Part shown: piece by piece, positions 51,745 to 64,000 of the stretch | Position numbering within the stretch: the stretch's first letter is position 1 | Layout of the letters: each line of letters opens with the position of its first letter | Assembly (NCBI RefSeq): GCF_006345805.1 | Contig: NC_043016.1 | Location: 9,486,001 to 9,550,000, forward strand | DNA length: 64,000 nt | DNA from: Octopus sinensis | Lineage: Eukaryota | Direction: 5' to 3' | Notes under the pieces: generated by a model | What the model saw: only the letters and a program-made list of their open reading frames with translations | Told to the model about the DNA's origin: nothing | The model's database searches: none | Translations under genes and position numbers: made by a program

Positions 51745-51930
51745 GAGAGTTTAGGAAAAAAACATAAGACGAAGACGGGTGGTGTACAAAACAAACAGAT
51801 GTATTAGTATAGCGCTCAGGAATAGCAAAAGTCTTTTACATTTCGAGCCTATGCTCTTCTACAGAAAGGGACACAGAAAAAACAAGGAGAGAAAAAAAAA
51901 TGTGTAGTGGCTAACGATCTATCATAGTGA
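51745..51930 (-). mobile_element. Short PLE-type 3' end; homologous copy at 62196-62378 and related element at 52350-52565 (+)
   Basis: Shared hammerhead followed by a conserved downstream segment (ttcctgagcg in the 51745 and 52350 elements); the other two copies abut (TA)n. Confidence 0.6.
51833..51868 (-). ncRNA. Hammerhead-like motif with CUGUAGA core
   Basis: CUUU-CUGUAGA-A-GAGC-AUAG-GCUC-GAAA-U-GUA|AAAG. Confidence 0.6.
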
Positions 51931-52437
51931 GCATGGTTTCTATGGTTGGGATCCTTCCTAATGCCAACCACTTTACAGAGTGTGTTGAGTGCTTCCTACT
52001 TGGAACCAGCACCAGTGAGGTTGCCAAGTAACTTGCAAGACAAAAGGTGTAATATTGAGGGAGGTGCTTTATGCTAGGTGATAGGAGGTTAAAGTATGAT
52101 AGAGAGATGGGAACAGCTGTCTTGTTTTAGTGAAGATACATGGCTACCCTTGAAAACAGAGGAGATAAAGGTGGAAGGTGAAGGCATGTCAGAGTGTACC
52201 CTCAAGTTAGCGGAAGGGGAATATATGAGGAGACAGAATTGATCAGAATGAGTGGGTACGTTGACAAAAGTGCTGAAGAAGAGTGAGAGATAAGCAGAGA
52301 GGGGGATGCAGTGGTTGGTGAACATAGGTAAAGGCATGGTCAAATGTGATATATATATATATATATATCAAAATGTGTACCATTGGCGATTTTTTTTTTC
52401 CTCTGTCTTCCCTTCTCTGGATCTTTCCTTCTCCTAT

Positions 52438-52472
52438 GTTTCTGACGAAGAGCTCCACTCGAAACGTTAAAC
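52438..52472 (+). ncRNA. Intact minimal type I hammerhead motif
   Basis: GUUU-CUGACGA-A-GAG-CUCCA-CUC-GAAA-C-GUU|AAAC; palindromic ACGU stem III. Confidence 0.75.
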
Positions 52473-54325
52473 CCTCCTTCTTTCCTGAGCGTCCAATAAT
52501 ACTATATTTGTTCCATGTCCTTACGTTGTTGTGTTTTTTGTGCTTTCTTGTTTGGATTAACTTTATATATATATATGTGTGTGCCGGTGGCACGTAAAAG
52601 CACCATCCATCCGTGGCCGTTTGCCAAGCCCGTCTGGCACCTGTGCGGGTGGCACGTAAAAAGCACCCACTACACTCACGGAGTGGTTGGCGTTAGGAAG
52701 GGCATCCAGCCGTAGAAACACTGCCAGATCAGACTGGGCTTGATGCAGCCTTCTGGCTTCACAGACCCCAGTTGAATCGTCCAACCCATGCTAGCATGGA
52801 AAGTGGACGCTAAATGATGATGATGATATATATATATCAATTGTGATATGTGTATGTATATGAGATATACATACACACCTTTCTATGTGTGCGTATATAT
52901 TTCTTTCTTTATTGCCTACAAGGGGCTAAACATAGAGGGGACAAACAAGGACAGACAAATGGATTAAGTCGATTACATCGACCCCAGTGTGTAACTGGTA
53001 CTTATTAAATCGACCCCGAAAGAATGAAAGGCAAAATTGACCTCAGCGAAATTTGCACTCAGAACGTAACGGCAGTCGAAATACCGCTAAGCATTTCGCC
53101 CGGCAACCACTAGGTCACAAGTTATCTCCATGATGATCGTTACTGTCACCTGTTCACTTTAACAGTATCACATTTAACAATTACATGTCCCTGACAATTT
53201 GTTAGTTGGTGGTGACTGCACAATTTGTAATTTTGTATTATGTATTAGGTTTCCATGCACCACTTTTAAGCTATTGAAACCTGCATAGGATTGTGTAATT
53301 AAATATCTTGTAAACAATCTCATGTTTTGTTTTCTTTTCTACACATGCTCTCTCTCACACACACACACTCACTGACTGTGTGGTCAAGAAGTTTGCTTCC
53401 CAATCACATAGTTTTGGGTTCAATCTCACTATGTGGCACCTTAGGAAGTGTCTTCTGCAAAAACCCTGGGCTGACCAAAGCCATATATATATATACACAT
53501 ATAAAGGTGAGTTAGGTACAATGAATTCAGGGTGAATACTTGATAAGTGTAAGCACCTGTATATGCCAGATATATATATATAGGGATGGTATTATTAAAA
53601 TACCATCATGAGTGTTAAGCGAATTATCAGCCATACAGGCAAATTAATAAAATATATACATACAATATTAGACGTGTACATATATACACAAGGGTACTAC
53701 ATGAGTACCTATATCGCTAAAGACAGAAGTAAAAAAATACTTCTGTACCACCGAATAGTCACAAATCCATTACAGACATGATAGGAAAAAATATCAGTGA
53801 ACAATAATAAAGTCTTACCTGTATATATATATATATATATTGGTTGAGTCAATCTCTTGCTACTCTGAGTTCAACCTATCAAGTGCACAGGGCTTTCAGG
53901 CAAGTTATGACTGAAGATTGATGAGATTTGCACATCTATATGTTTCTTGTCATAGGGCAGGGTGGTGGAAAGAAGGGAAGCAATGATAAAAGAGGTAAAA
54001 GAAAAACAAAGAGAAACATGAAAAGGGAAAATGTGAGTAAGAAGCGAAACTCAGAGTAGCAAAAAACTGACAACCAAAATGAAATATACAATTAAACTCT
54101 ACTATTAATTAACCTCTACATGTCTGAAAACAGAAAAAGGTTGAATAGAGGTAGGATGCAATGAAATTGAAGAAGTAAAAGGGTACATTTACTAAGGGCA
54201 CAACCTAAAAGAAGGATGCTGAAATCTCAAGGAGAATAAGGCAGGATGGAGAATGTTTACTTCAATAACGGATGTTCTCAAAGCCAAGCAGGACAAGACC
54301 AAACTGAAAACCAAAATAAAATATA

Positions 54326-54698
54326 CTAGCACTATGACCCGGCAACGCCGGGTCATAGTGCTAGTGCATGCATATACAGCTGCATGCGTGCGCACAAACA
54401 CACGAGTACTGTCCAAATCTCCGACCAATCACATACAGCTAGCTGGCATTCAGTTGACGTATCAAGTTTCGGGCATTTTGATTGGATTTTGGATAGAAAA
54501 TTCACAAAAAAGTAACTTCTATTGATTTTTTAATGGCTTTGCGGGGTGACTGGGGAAATGTAAAGATGTGCATGACCACCCTTGGACGGTTTTCAATGAC
54601 CATAGAAAGTGCGAACCCTCTAACTGAAAAATTGTGGATTTGTATAAAGGACACACACACACACACAGAGACATTTTGCCGTTTAAAATATATATAGA
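54326..54698 (-). mobile_element. Non-autonomous Helitron with extended terminal palindrome
   Basis: 5' TCTATATAT..aaacggcaaaatgtc; 3' end is a 19+3+19 perfect inverted repeat ending in CTAG. Confidence 0.75.
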
Positions 54699-54699
54699 A

Positions 54700-55500
54700 A
54701 TAATTAATCTCTACTATGGTGTTGAGTACTTGTGCAATTGGGAAGGGTGCCAAACAAGGAGTTACCATCTCTCCAAAGTGCTTCACTGCATGTCTAGTAA
54801 TGGTCAATTGATACATTGTCTGAACAGATGGTGTGAACATCAATGCTGATCTACTAACTCACCACCAATTCGCAGAAGACACTGAACTCATTGCTGAAAC
54901 CATAGATCAGCTTCAGACTCTGCTGACAGACCTGCACACCAATAGCTCAGCTGTAGAACTTCAAAGGAACTGCATGAAATCAAAATACATGTTGTCTGAA
55001 AACTGCAAAAGATTGAATAGATGTGGGAAGCAATGAAATTGAAGAGGTAAAGGAGTACATCTGCTAAGGGCACACCCTAAAAGAAGGATGCTGAAATCTC
55101 AAGGAGAATAAGGCAGGATGGAGAGTGTTTACTTCAATAACGGATGTTCTCAAAGCAAAGCAGGACAAGACCATACATGCCAGACTCTTCAGTAGTACTG
55201 TTCTATCTGTGCAATAATATACATGTGAGATGTAGGCCACTACAAAGTGGAGGGGGGGGGGGGAAACATCAGTTAGCTATGGCACTAAAAGCCAAGGAAA
55301 GATCCATACTTGGAATGTCATTATGAGAACATGGTCCAATTTGAAAAAGGAGCAGAGTGATTGATGTGATTGCAAAATAACAGAAGCACAATTTTTGCTG
55401 AATAGGATATGTTGCAAGGTTCACTGACAACAGGTGGACCTGTGCAGTTGCTGAGTAGTGTCCAAGAGTTTGAACTACTTGGAATGTCTCCATAATGATG
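54700..55500 (+). mobile_element. Old RTE RT fragment
   Basis: KGAKQGVTISPKCF and HHQFAEDTELIAET..LQTLL..KSKYM resemble the RTE GVRQGD.ISP and HLRFADD motifs. Confidence 0.65.
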
Positions 55501-56329
55501 GGAAGACAATTTAGTTAGATGTTAAGGTCATCTCTACAGATTTTCAACAGAAATTTTAGCTGGCACTGATTTTTGTTATGACGTTTCATATCTGAGATGT
55601 CAGATGTAAACAATGAGATTGAAGATGAAAAAAAAATGGGTAAGGGATGCATATGCCATATTTCATGAGTTTTTGCCTCCTTCATCAGAACCCATCCAAC
55701 CCATTAATTATCCATAAACTCATTGCTTAAATAGCCATTACATATAGCAAAATAACATCATCATCATCATCGTTTAACATCCGCTTTCCATGCTTGCATG
55801 GGTTGGATGATTTGACTGAGAACTGGCGAACCAGATGGCTGCACCAGGCTCCAATCAGATCTGGCAGAGTTTCTACAGCTGGATGCCCTTCCTAACGCCA
55901 ACCACTCCGAGAGTGTAGTGGGTGCTTTTAAAGTTCCACCGGCACGAGGGCCAGTCAGGCAGTACTGGCAACGGCCACACTTAAATGGTGCTTTTTATGT
56001 GCCACTGGCACAGGAGCCAGTCCAGCAGCACTGGCAACGACCTTGCTCAAATGTTTTTTTCACGTGCCACCAGTTCATTATTAGGTATACCAATTTACAT
56101 ATTAAACACATTCCTGGAAGCTGGTATGTAAATATTAATAGCTTGTAGGTAGAGAGTATTTCGTTATGCAACAAATTATATTAGACATTTTCAAAAGTTA
56201 ATACTGTGTACTACTGTGTTAGCAGTGCACTTAAATCAGGTGTAAGGTCATCTCTACAGATTTTCTATAGAAATTATAGCCAGCACGAATTTGGGGGGAG
56301 GGGGAGAGATTGAAGAGAATGGTGCAATC

Positions 56330-57345
56330 AAGAAAGATTTGGAAGCACATAGCAACCAGCGGTGTATAACTTTGTCTAAGTGATAGACTAGTTGAGATGG
56401 TGACAAAGTATAAGAGAGGGATTAATAATGGAGATACTGTATGCGGATGACCTCGTTCTGATGAGTGAGACAATGGAAGGATTGAGGGAGAAGTTTTGGA
56501 AATGGGAGGAGGCGTTTGAAAGCAAGGGTTTAAAGGTAAACCTCGAGAAGACAAAGGTGATGGTGAGCGGGATGAAAGGAGAAGTGTTAGTGAGTAAGGT
56601 GGATCCATGTGGTGTATGTGGGAGGAGAGTAATGGCAAATGCAGTGTTGTGTATGAGATGTGAGAAATAGATTCATGATAGATGTACAAAAATGAAGAAG
56701 GTGACATCAAGACTGGTGAGAGAGTTTGTTTGTAGATGTGAGAAAGGAGCTGGAGGGCTGGTGGAAACGGTGAGCGGGTTTTGTTATTTGGGAGATAGGT
56801 TGAATGTGAAGCAGCTGTGACAGCAAGCGCAAGACTTGGCTGGGTGAAGTACAGGGAATGTGGAGCACTTTTGTTTGGCAAAACATTCTCACTAACATAA
56901 AAGGAAGGGTCTATAAGAGTTGTGTGAGAGCTGCAATGCTGTATGGGAGTGACACGTGGTGTCTGAGGGGGAGGAGAGGTGGTAATTGTGCGGAAGGATA
57001 TGAGAAGTGCAGTGTGACAATGAAGGGGGTGTACTGAGAGACTTGATTGGGAAGCCTGGGGTAGAGGAATCGGTGGAATGGCTGCCAAGGACAAAAGTAG
57101 TGAGTGGTATGGGCATGTGTTTGAGAGGGATGAAGAGTGTGTTCTGAGGAGGGTGATTGCATTTGAGTTAAACGAAACATAAAAAAAAGCGAGGTAGACT
57201 GAGGAAAAGATGGAGGGAACAGGAGGAGGCGATTGGGAGTGTTGGTTTTAAAAAGAGGATGCCCAAAACCGGGTGAGATGGCGTGAGGGCGGTTGTTATG
57301 GCATTAAGGTAGATTCAGCCACCCCCTTTAACTGGATGATGATGA
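56330..57345 (+). mobile_element. Decayed RTE-clade LINE fragment
   Basis: EILYADDLVLMSE..GLKVNLEKTKVM, CGVC..CMRC, VRAAMLYGSDTW; short gatgatgatg tail. Confidence 0.85.
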
Positions 57346-57864
57346 TGTCTGAATGATACAGTAACATATCATCATCATCGTTAACGTCCTTTTTTCCGCC
57401 TAGCACGGTTGGACGGTTCGACTGGGGTCCTGGGAAGCCAGGGGTGAAAAAAGGGGCTGCACCAGGCTCCAGTCTGATCTGCAGAGTTTCTACAGCTGGA
57501 TGCCCTTCCTAACGCCAACCACTCCGCGAGTGTAGTGGGTGCTTTTTAACGTGCCACCTTGCACAGGTGCCAGGGGTCCGGGATCGACCACACGATCGGT
57601 TGGAGCTTTAACGTGCCACCCACCGCACGGAAGCCAGCCAAGGTGCGCTGGCAACGCCACGTTCATATGGTGCTTTTTATGTGCCCACCGGCACAGAAGC
57701 CAGTCGAGGCAGGCGCTGGCATCGGCCACGTTCGGATGGTGCTTTTATGTACTACCGGCACAGAGCCATCGAGATGGTGCTGGCAACGGCCATATATATA
57801 TAATACACACACACCACACATTTATGTACATGATGGCATGTCCAAGAGACATTTACAAATATAT

Positions 57865-57898
<34 letters not shown>

Positions 57899-58759
57899 GT
57901 ATCAAACAATGACAGTGAGTGTTCAACACCACATTTGGTGGGTTAAATATTCTTTATTTTTTGGATTAACAAAACTATCAATAGTTGAATAATATACCTA
58001 CAATTCTTCAACCAGTTCACTTAACAGTACTAGTAATTGTTTCCATTTTGGTATTCTCATCAAACGAAGATGATTACCAACATTTGTAAGTTGAGTGCTT
58101 GAAAAATTGTGGATATCATTTTATCATTTAACTCATGAAACCCTTGGTAGCTTTGTTAAGTCATAGACTGAATATAAATATATATATATGTATGTATGTG
58201 TACATGCATACACACACACATGTATGTATGTGTGTGTGTATATATATAATAACAACTAAGAAAAAAAATGGAGTGAGCAAATCATTTTGCTATTTCAGTT
58301 TACAATTATTTTAGCTCAATGTAATCAATCTTGCAACATTATGTAATTATTCATGCAACTATTCGATTACTTTCCATGTGCTGTGTTCAGGGTAACTTTA
58401 ATACTACACTAGACTACCCACGATCTGTTGAGTCACCAGGCAACTCTGAGTTTCCCAGCAACCGTTTTTTGTTTTGTGGGTTTTTTTTCTTTTCCATGTT
58501 ATTTCGCATGCTTTCAACAAATGTGGCATCGAAATCACATGTAAACAGCTCCTTTCCCCAGAAAAGGAAATATTTGGTTGCTATTTCTTGCATGTCCTGC
58601 TACTATGTAACAGTTATTTGGGTCCTTTATTACAAATAGCTGTTACATAGTTGCAAGGTATGCTAGAAATAGCAACCACATATGTTGAATGCACTAAAAA
58701 AAAACCTATGAAAAAAAACTATTTCACAATGATGTTACAAACTTATCTTTTATGAAGTA

Positions 58760-59118
58760 CTAGCAGTATCGCCCGGCGTTGCTCGGGTTTGTAAGGAAAT
58801 AACTATAAAGCATTATAGAGAGGTTATAGCCAACAAATGGAAAAAAATGATGGTAATTTTTTTTTTAGTTAAATGGTCGAGTTGCGTCCCCTAGACAGTC
58901 TGTGGTTTGTGTTTCTGATTCTTGACCCCATGTCGATTTCGATTTTTTTCAGAACTGGGGAAACTTTTCAAAATTTTCGCTGCCTTTAGTTTGAATTATG
59001 ACATTGGGCTATGTGTGTGTCAAGTTTCATCAGAATCGGTTGAAAGCCGTGGTCAGGGTGAGGTACAACCTAACACACACACAAAACACAGACAAACTGC
59101 CGTTTATATATATAGAGA
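58760..59118 (-). mobile_element. Non-autonomous Helitron
   Basis: TC...CTAG termini, same hairpin as 33386-33775, A/T target. Confidence 0.85.
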
Positions 59119-60905
59119 TTTTCTGTATTTTTAAAGTCATTTTCCCTTTAAAATATTTTTTAAATATGCCAAAAAAATTTTTGTAATGGTATTCACTTAA
59201 ATATAATTGAAAAAACATTAAATATTGTGTTTAAAGAAAGCTAAAATATAAATACTTACTGTACAAACAACTTAAATTTTTGAAATCACATTCACTTAAA
59301 ATATTTCTAAATGATTAAAATACTGTGTTTAACAAAAGTGAAAAATAGAACATTTACTGTAAAAAAAAAACATCATATTTTTTCGTTGTCAACTCATTGT
59401 CTAATAGAAAGATAAGAGTTTTTCCCTTTCAGGATGAAGATTATTTTCAGAACATTTCCCATTATGCACCATTTTAGCTATTTTTACCCTGAAATCTCTC
59501 TAATCTCTGAAACCACTTTACCGATTTATGCAAAACTTTTTCATTCTGTTTGTATTAAAATTTCAGGGTAACTTAATTCATAGTATTTTCCCATTATGCA
59601 CCAGTTTGGTTGAGTAATACTGCAAGCAAGCAAGCAAGAATCAAACTAATTTTTAGTGTATTATAGATGGTGGATAAAGTTATTCAGAAGTGCATACAAA
59701 TAATACGATCATATTTGTATGCAGATTTGAAGGATCTTATCCAACATGGAGTACTAAGTTACTCTGAACAACACATGGAAAGTTATCAATAGTTGCATGA
59801 ATTATTACCTAACGTTGCAAGATTGATTGCATTAAATTAAAATGCATAATTGTAAAGTGAAGTAGTAAAATCATTTAGTCACTCTTCCTTTTATTTGTCA
59901 TTATAAACACTTTATGGATGTTTGCAATTTTCAAAACATGTGTCTGGTAAAATAAAATTTACAACATATCTGATAGCCAATATTATATAATAAAAGTACA
60001 TATATATATATATATTTATATAAATGTAAGTAATTCGTTATGTGAGTGTGGGTATGCTCATAGTAGTTAGCTGATAAAGCACTTCACGTCTATGGCTCCC
60101 TGATATCATCCATAGTATTTACGCAATTGTCAGTGGATCTACTCAGGAATTCTTCAGTGTTTATTGAGTATATAAAAATATGGAGACAGAAATAGAATAT
60201 ATACGAGGAACTTTATTGCTCACAATGATCATTTCAACACATCCTGCATTGATCCCTTGTAGGTGGGAGACTGTACAACTGGTTTGTGGTGCATCATTTG
60301 GTGCAGAAGTTTTTTCATCAGGTGATATTATAAGGAGTATTTCATTAAATAAACTCTGTTTCCCTTGGTTCTAATACAGCATGTTGTTACCATAGGATTA
60401 AGTCATTAGGCAGGAATGAGTTGGAATAGATTCCATTGCAATGTTGCAGACATTTGTCTATATTAGTAGTAAATCAAAGGCAGGGAGTTTAATTTACTGC
60501 TAATATATATATATAATATATATATAATATTAACACACACATATGGGATGAAGTGCTGAAGGATGACCTCAGAATGCTGAACCTTTCAGATGAGAAGACA
60601 AAGGACCAAGATACACTGTCTCTGATGAGGGATATTATTAATAAATATCCTAGAAACACTGTAAGACCATCTATCTATAAATGCTGTAATATCTATACAG
60701 CCTTGGTTTTTATCTTATTATGCAAAAAATTCTATAAACATATGTTGACATAGAACCAACGTTGAACCCTATATTCGCAATATTACTGAATCTGGAACTT
60801 ACTATGGTCTGTCTATAGCACTTATTCAGCTTTACCCTGATGCCTTTGGGTATCAATGACACCGTTATCTCTTATAACCTCAACTTCTCGCTACTATAAT
60901 ATATG

Positions 60906-61279
60906 TTAGCAGTATCGCCCGGCGTTGCTCAGGTTTGTAAGGGAAATAACTATAAAGCATTTTTCGAGAGTTATAGCAAAAAAAATTATGGTAAATTATT
61001 TTTGAGAGTAAAAAAAAGGTGGAGTTGCGTCCCCTAGACAGTTTGCGGTTTGTGTTTCTGATTCTCGATCCCATGTCGAATTTATCGATTTTTTTCAGAA
61101 CTGGGGGAACTTTTCAAAATTTTCGCTTTTTCGCTGCGTTAGTTTTGAATTATGACATTGGGCTATTTGTGTGTGTCAAGTTTCATCAGAATCGGTTGAA
61201 AGCCGTGGTCAGGGTGAGGGTACAAGCAAACAGACACACAGAAACAGCACAGACAAACTGCCGTTTATATAGAGAGAGA
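60906..61279 (-). mobile_element. Non-autonomous Helitron, close relative of 58760-59118
   Basis: Same body and hairpin; terminal tetranucleotide mutated (ttag on +). Confidence 0.8.
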
Positions 61280-61294
61280 TATGTATATATATGT

Positions 61295-61325
<31 letters not shown>

Positions 61326-61526
61326 GTATATATGTATATATATGTATGTATATATGTATATATATGTATATATATATGTATATATATGTATATATGTATA
61401 TATATATGTATATATATGTATATATATATGTATATATGTATATATATGTATATATATATGTATATATGTATATGTATATATGTATATGTATATATGTATA
61501 TATATGTATATGTATATATATATATG

Positions 61527-62150
61527 TTAGTTTGTTAGTTAGTTAATTTGGCTCAAAAGCAAATAGCAAGGCCATGTAGGGGGTCATGGAGTTAAGTACA
61601 GGGTGGTGTTCATGTAAAGAGTTCAGGCCACTTGAGGTCAAGGGAGGCTTTGAACAAAGCGGTCGTCGGCATCTTCACCATCTCGTCTGGCAGCTTGTTC
61701 CACGGATCTGCAACTCAGACGGAGAAAGCTCCTCTCTTTCGATTGAGATGAAATCGTCGCAGGTAGAGCTTTTCAGAATGACCCCGCAGCCGACGCTCTG
61801 GAGCAGGAGTGAAGAACAGCTCTTTCGAAAGGTTACACTTTCCGCTTATGATGTTGTGGGCGAGAATGAGATCACCACGGCGGCGGCGTTTTTTCTAGAG
61901 AATAAAGTCGAGCGTCCTCAGCCTTTCTTCATAGGACAAATTTTTGAGACCATGAACCATGCGGGTAGCCGCTTCTTCTGACTCTTTCGAGATGCTGTAT
62001 GTCTTTGAGGAGATAAGGAGAAGAGGCTTTAATCCCGTACTCCAATATGGGTCTCACCAGCGTGACATAGAGTGGTAGGATATGGCTGCTGTGAGCATTC
62101 CGAATGACCGTCGAATCAAGAACAGAATTCCGCGTGCTTTGTTGGCAGCA
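61527..62150 (-). mobile_element. CR1 LINE 3' end with (TAAC)n tail
   Basis: LYVTLVRPILEYG..HLERV; DLYSLEKRRRRGDLI; AFSVRVADPWNKLP. Confidence 0.88.
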
Positions 62151-62286
62151 TGGATTACATATGTATATGTATCTATGTATATATATATGTATATATAGGG
62201 AGAGTTTACGAAAAAAAAAAAAGACGAAGACAGGTGGTGTACAAAACAAACATATGTATTAGTATAACGCTCGGAATAGAAAAAGT

Positions 62287-62322
62287 CTTTTACATTTCGA
62301 GCCTACGCTCTTCTACAGAAAT
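62287..62322 (-). ncRNA. Hammerhead-like motif with CUGUAGA core, second copy
   Basis: AUUU-CUGUAGA-A-GAGC-GUAG-GCUC-GAAA-U-GUA|AAAG. Confidence 0.6.
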
Positions 62323-62777
62323 GGGCAAAGAAAAAACAAGGAGAGAAAAGTGTGTGTAGTAGCTAACACTCTATCATGATATATATATATGTATGTATAT
62401 ATATATGTATATGTATGTATATGTATGTATATATATTTATATATATATGTGTGTGTGAAGAGTGAGAATGTATGGTGATGAAGAAAGAGAAAAGTTGGTG
62501 GTTTGGTGGGAGGGATTTTTCTGCTACTCACACATGCACATTCTAATTATTTCTTTATTCGTACGGGTTTAACCCATTAGCATTTAGACTAGCCATATCC
62601 TGACCAAATGTTCTTCCTGTTCTATGGTTAAAACTGGCCCAGGTCTGGCCTTTCACACCTATCCTATAGTGTCATTCTACAAATAAACATCATTGAAATC
62701 TTGAAGTTAAGAGATCATCAAGGTCTTCAGCATAGAAGAGCTCCCAGGGCATCCTGTCTTGAATTCCTCCATTATTG

Positions 62778-62826
<49 letters not shown>

Positions 62827-62979
62827 TATATTATATATATATACATACATACATACATAAACAAACAATTTTTTTATTAAACGCAGAAGTTACTGAGTGA
62901 CACAAGGTCAATAATTTGATAAGTGTCAGTGCATGAAGCTCTCAACGCTTGAGTTACTTATGTACTCTCTGCCAGTTAA

Positions 62980-63202
62980 CCTTTTAGCATTTATTTAATC
63001 CAGCCATATCCAGCCCAAATATTCTACCTGTTTTATGTTCAAACCCACGATATCTGGCCTTTCACACCTGCCCTACAATGTCATTTTATAAAACATACAA
63101 ATACACCACTGAAATCTTGAAGCTCCAAGATATGTGTCATTAATTCAAAACAATGTAAATAAATAGGCATTGGATTTGACAAGAAATCTGAATGCTAAAG
63201 TG
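62980..63202. mobile_element. piggyBac-type MITE, second family (partial copies near 62570 and 8900)
   Basis: TTAA-CCTTTTAGCATT...AATGCTAAAGTG-TTAA. Confidence 0.7.
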
Positions 63203-63976
63203 TTAATTATATATTTGTGTGTGTGTGTGTGTGTGATATTGAACTTATACAAATACCATACCTTTTCACTCGACACACTATTCATTCACATCATATGTCG
63301 TGCAAAGAGCACCATACGAGCGTGATCAGTGACAGAGCAGCTAACCGGCTTCCATGCCAGTGGCACATAAAAGGCACCATTCGACTGTGATTGTTACCAG
63401 CATTGCCTTACTGGCACTTGTGCCCCGTGCTAGTAGGGTGGCAAGAGCACCATCCGAGCATGATCGTGGCACGTAAAAGGGCACCATTTGAGCATGATCG
63501 TTACCAGCATCGCCTTACTGGCACCTGTGCCGGTGACATCTGTAAAAAGATTTCAGCGAGGTCGTTGCCAGTACTGCCTGACTGGCCCCTGTGCTTGTGG
63601 CATGTAAAAGCACCCACTACACTCTCGGAGTGGTTGGCGTTAGGAAGGGCATCCAAATCAAGATTGGAGCCTGTTGCAGCCATCTGGTTTGCCAGCCCTC
63701 AGTCAAAATCGTCCAACCCATGCTAGCATGGAAAGCGGACATTAAACGATGATGGTAATGATAATGATGATGATGATATTACACAGCTCTTTAAATATCC
63801 GGCTTCCCTCCCCCATCACAATTCCACTGAGTTTTACACATAAGTTGACCATAGATTATCTATTGTATGTCTAGATTAATCATCTTTTCTGCATGCCTTA
63901 TTCAATAGTAACACGTTGTTCACACAGCTTATCCACAGTTTTATTTATATGGTCTTGTCTCTCATGTACTCTGCAG

Positions 63977-64000
63977 GGCTTATGCTGTCTCAGCCCAAGG
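63977..64000 (+). CDS. Probable exon 2 of the same gene (runs off the window end)
   Basis: Pyrimidine tract plus ctgcag acceptor; phase-2 compatible, giving ...IVAR-AYAVSAQG, an R-x-Y|A (R-3) cleavage-like motif. Confidence 0.6.

Noticed and set aside
55645-55705. Minus-strand CUGAUGAAGGAG...GAAA motif
   Set aside because: Stem II is mismatched and there is no valid cleavage triplet or stem I.
56231-57094. 287-aa minus-strand ORF, the longest in the track
   Set aside because: Antisense of the purine-rich RTE fragment; Ser/Pro/Leu-rich with no domain.
60100-60400. Possible exon within the second gene's intron
   Set aside because: No consistent acceptor-donor pair with a compatible open frame found.

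Overview
AT-rich, repeat-dense animal genomic DNA; the repeat families (RTE 3' ends with (GAT)n tails, several tRNA-derived SINEs, TTAA MITEs) suggest an octopus, which is an inference. Host genes: (1) the 3' six coding exons of a nucleoredoxin (NXN) gene on + (5989-19704; WCPPC active site split by an intron; 5' exons lie outside the window); (2) a probable first coding exon (49979-50076) and start of exon 2 (63977-64000) of a gene encoding a mitochondrial-presequence-like N-terminus, both absent from the ORF track. The rest is mostly transposable-element debris: RTE and CR1 LINE fragments, SINEs, piggyBac- and hAT-type MITEs, non-autonomous Helitrons, a Tc1/mariner fragment and microsatellites. 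Most interesting is a Penelope-like retroelement (PLE) system. A decayed Naiad-type element (31660-37690: RT, linker, GIY-YIG) has an in-frame TGA exactly at a conserved Cys of the linker motif (candidate selenocysteine) and an inverted 5' terminal copy. Nine hammerhead-ribozyme motifs (several degenerate) from at least four families occur in the window, including a long-stem-II family with covariation, a tRNA-headed hammerhead element and a CUGUAGA core variant. An 850-bp tandem duplication in an NXN intron carries a clear footprint of unequal crossover between repeats. All motifs were read by eye; no searches or folding programs were run, and repeat boundaries are approximate.
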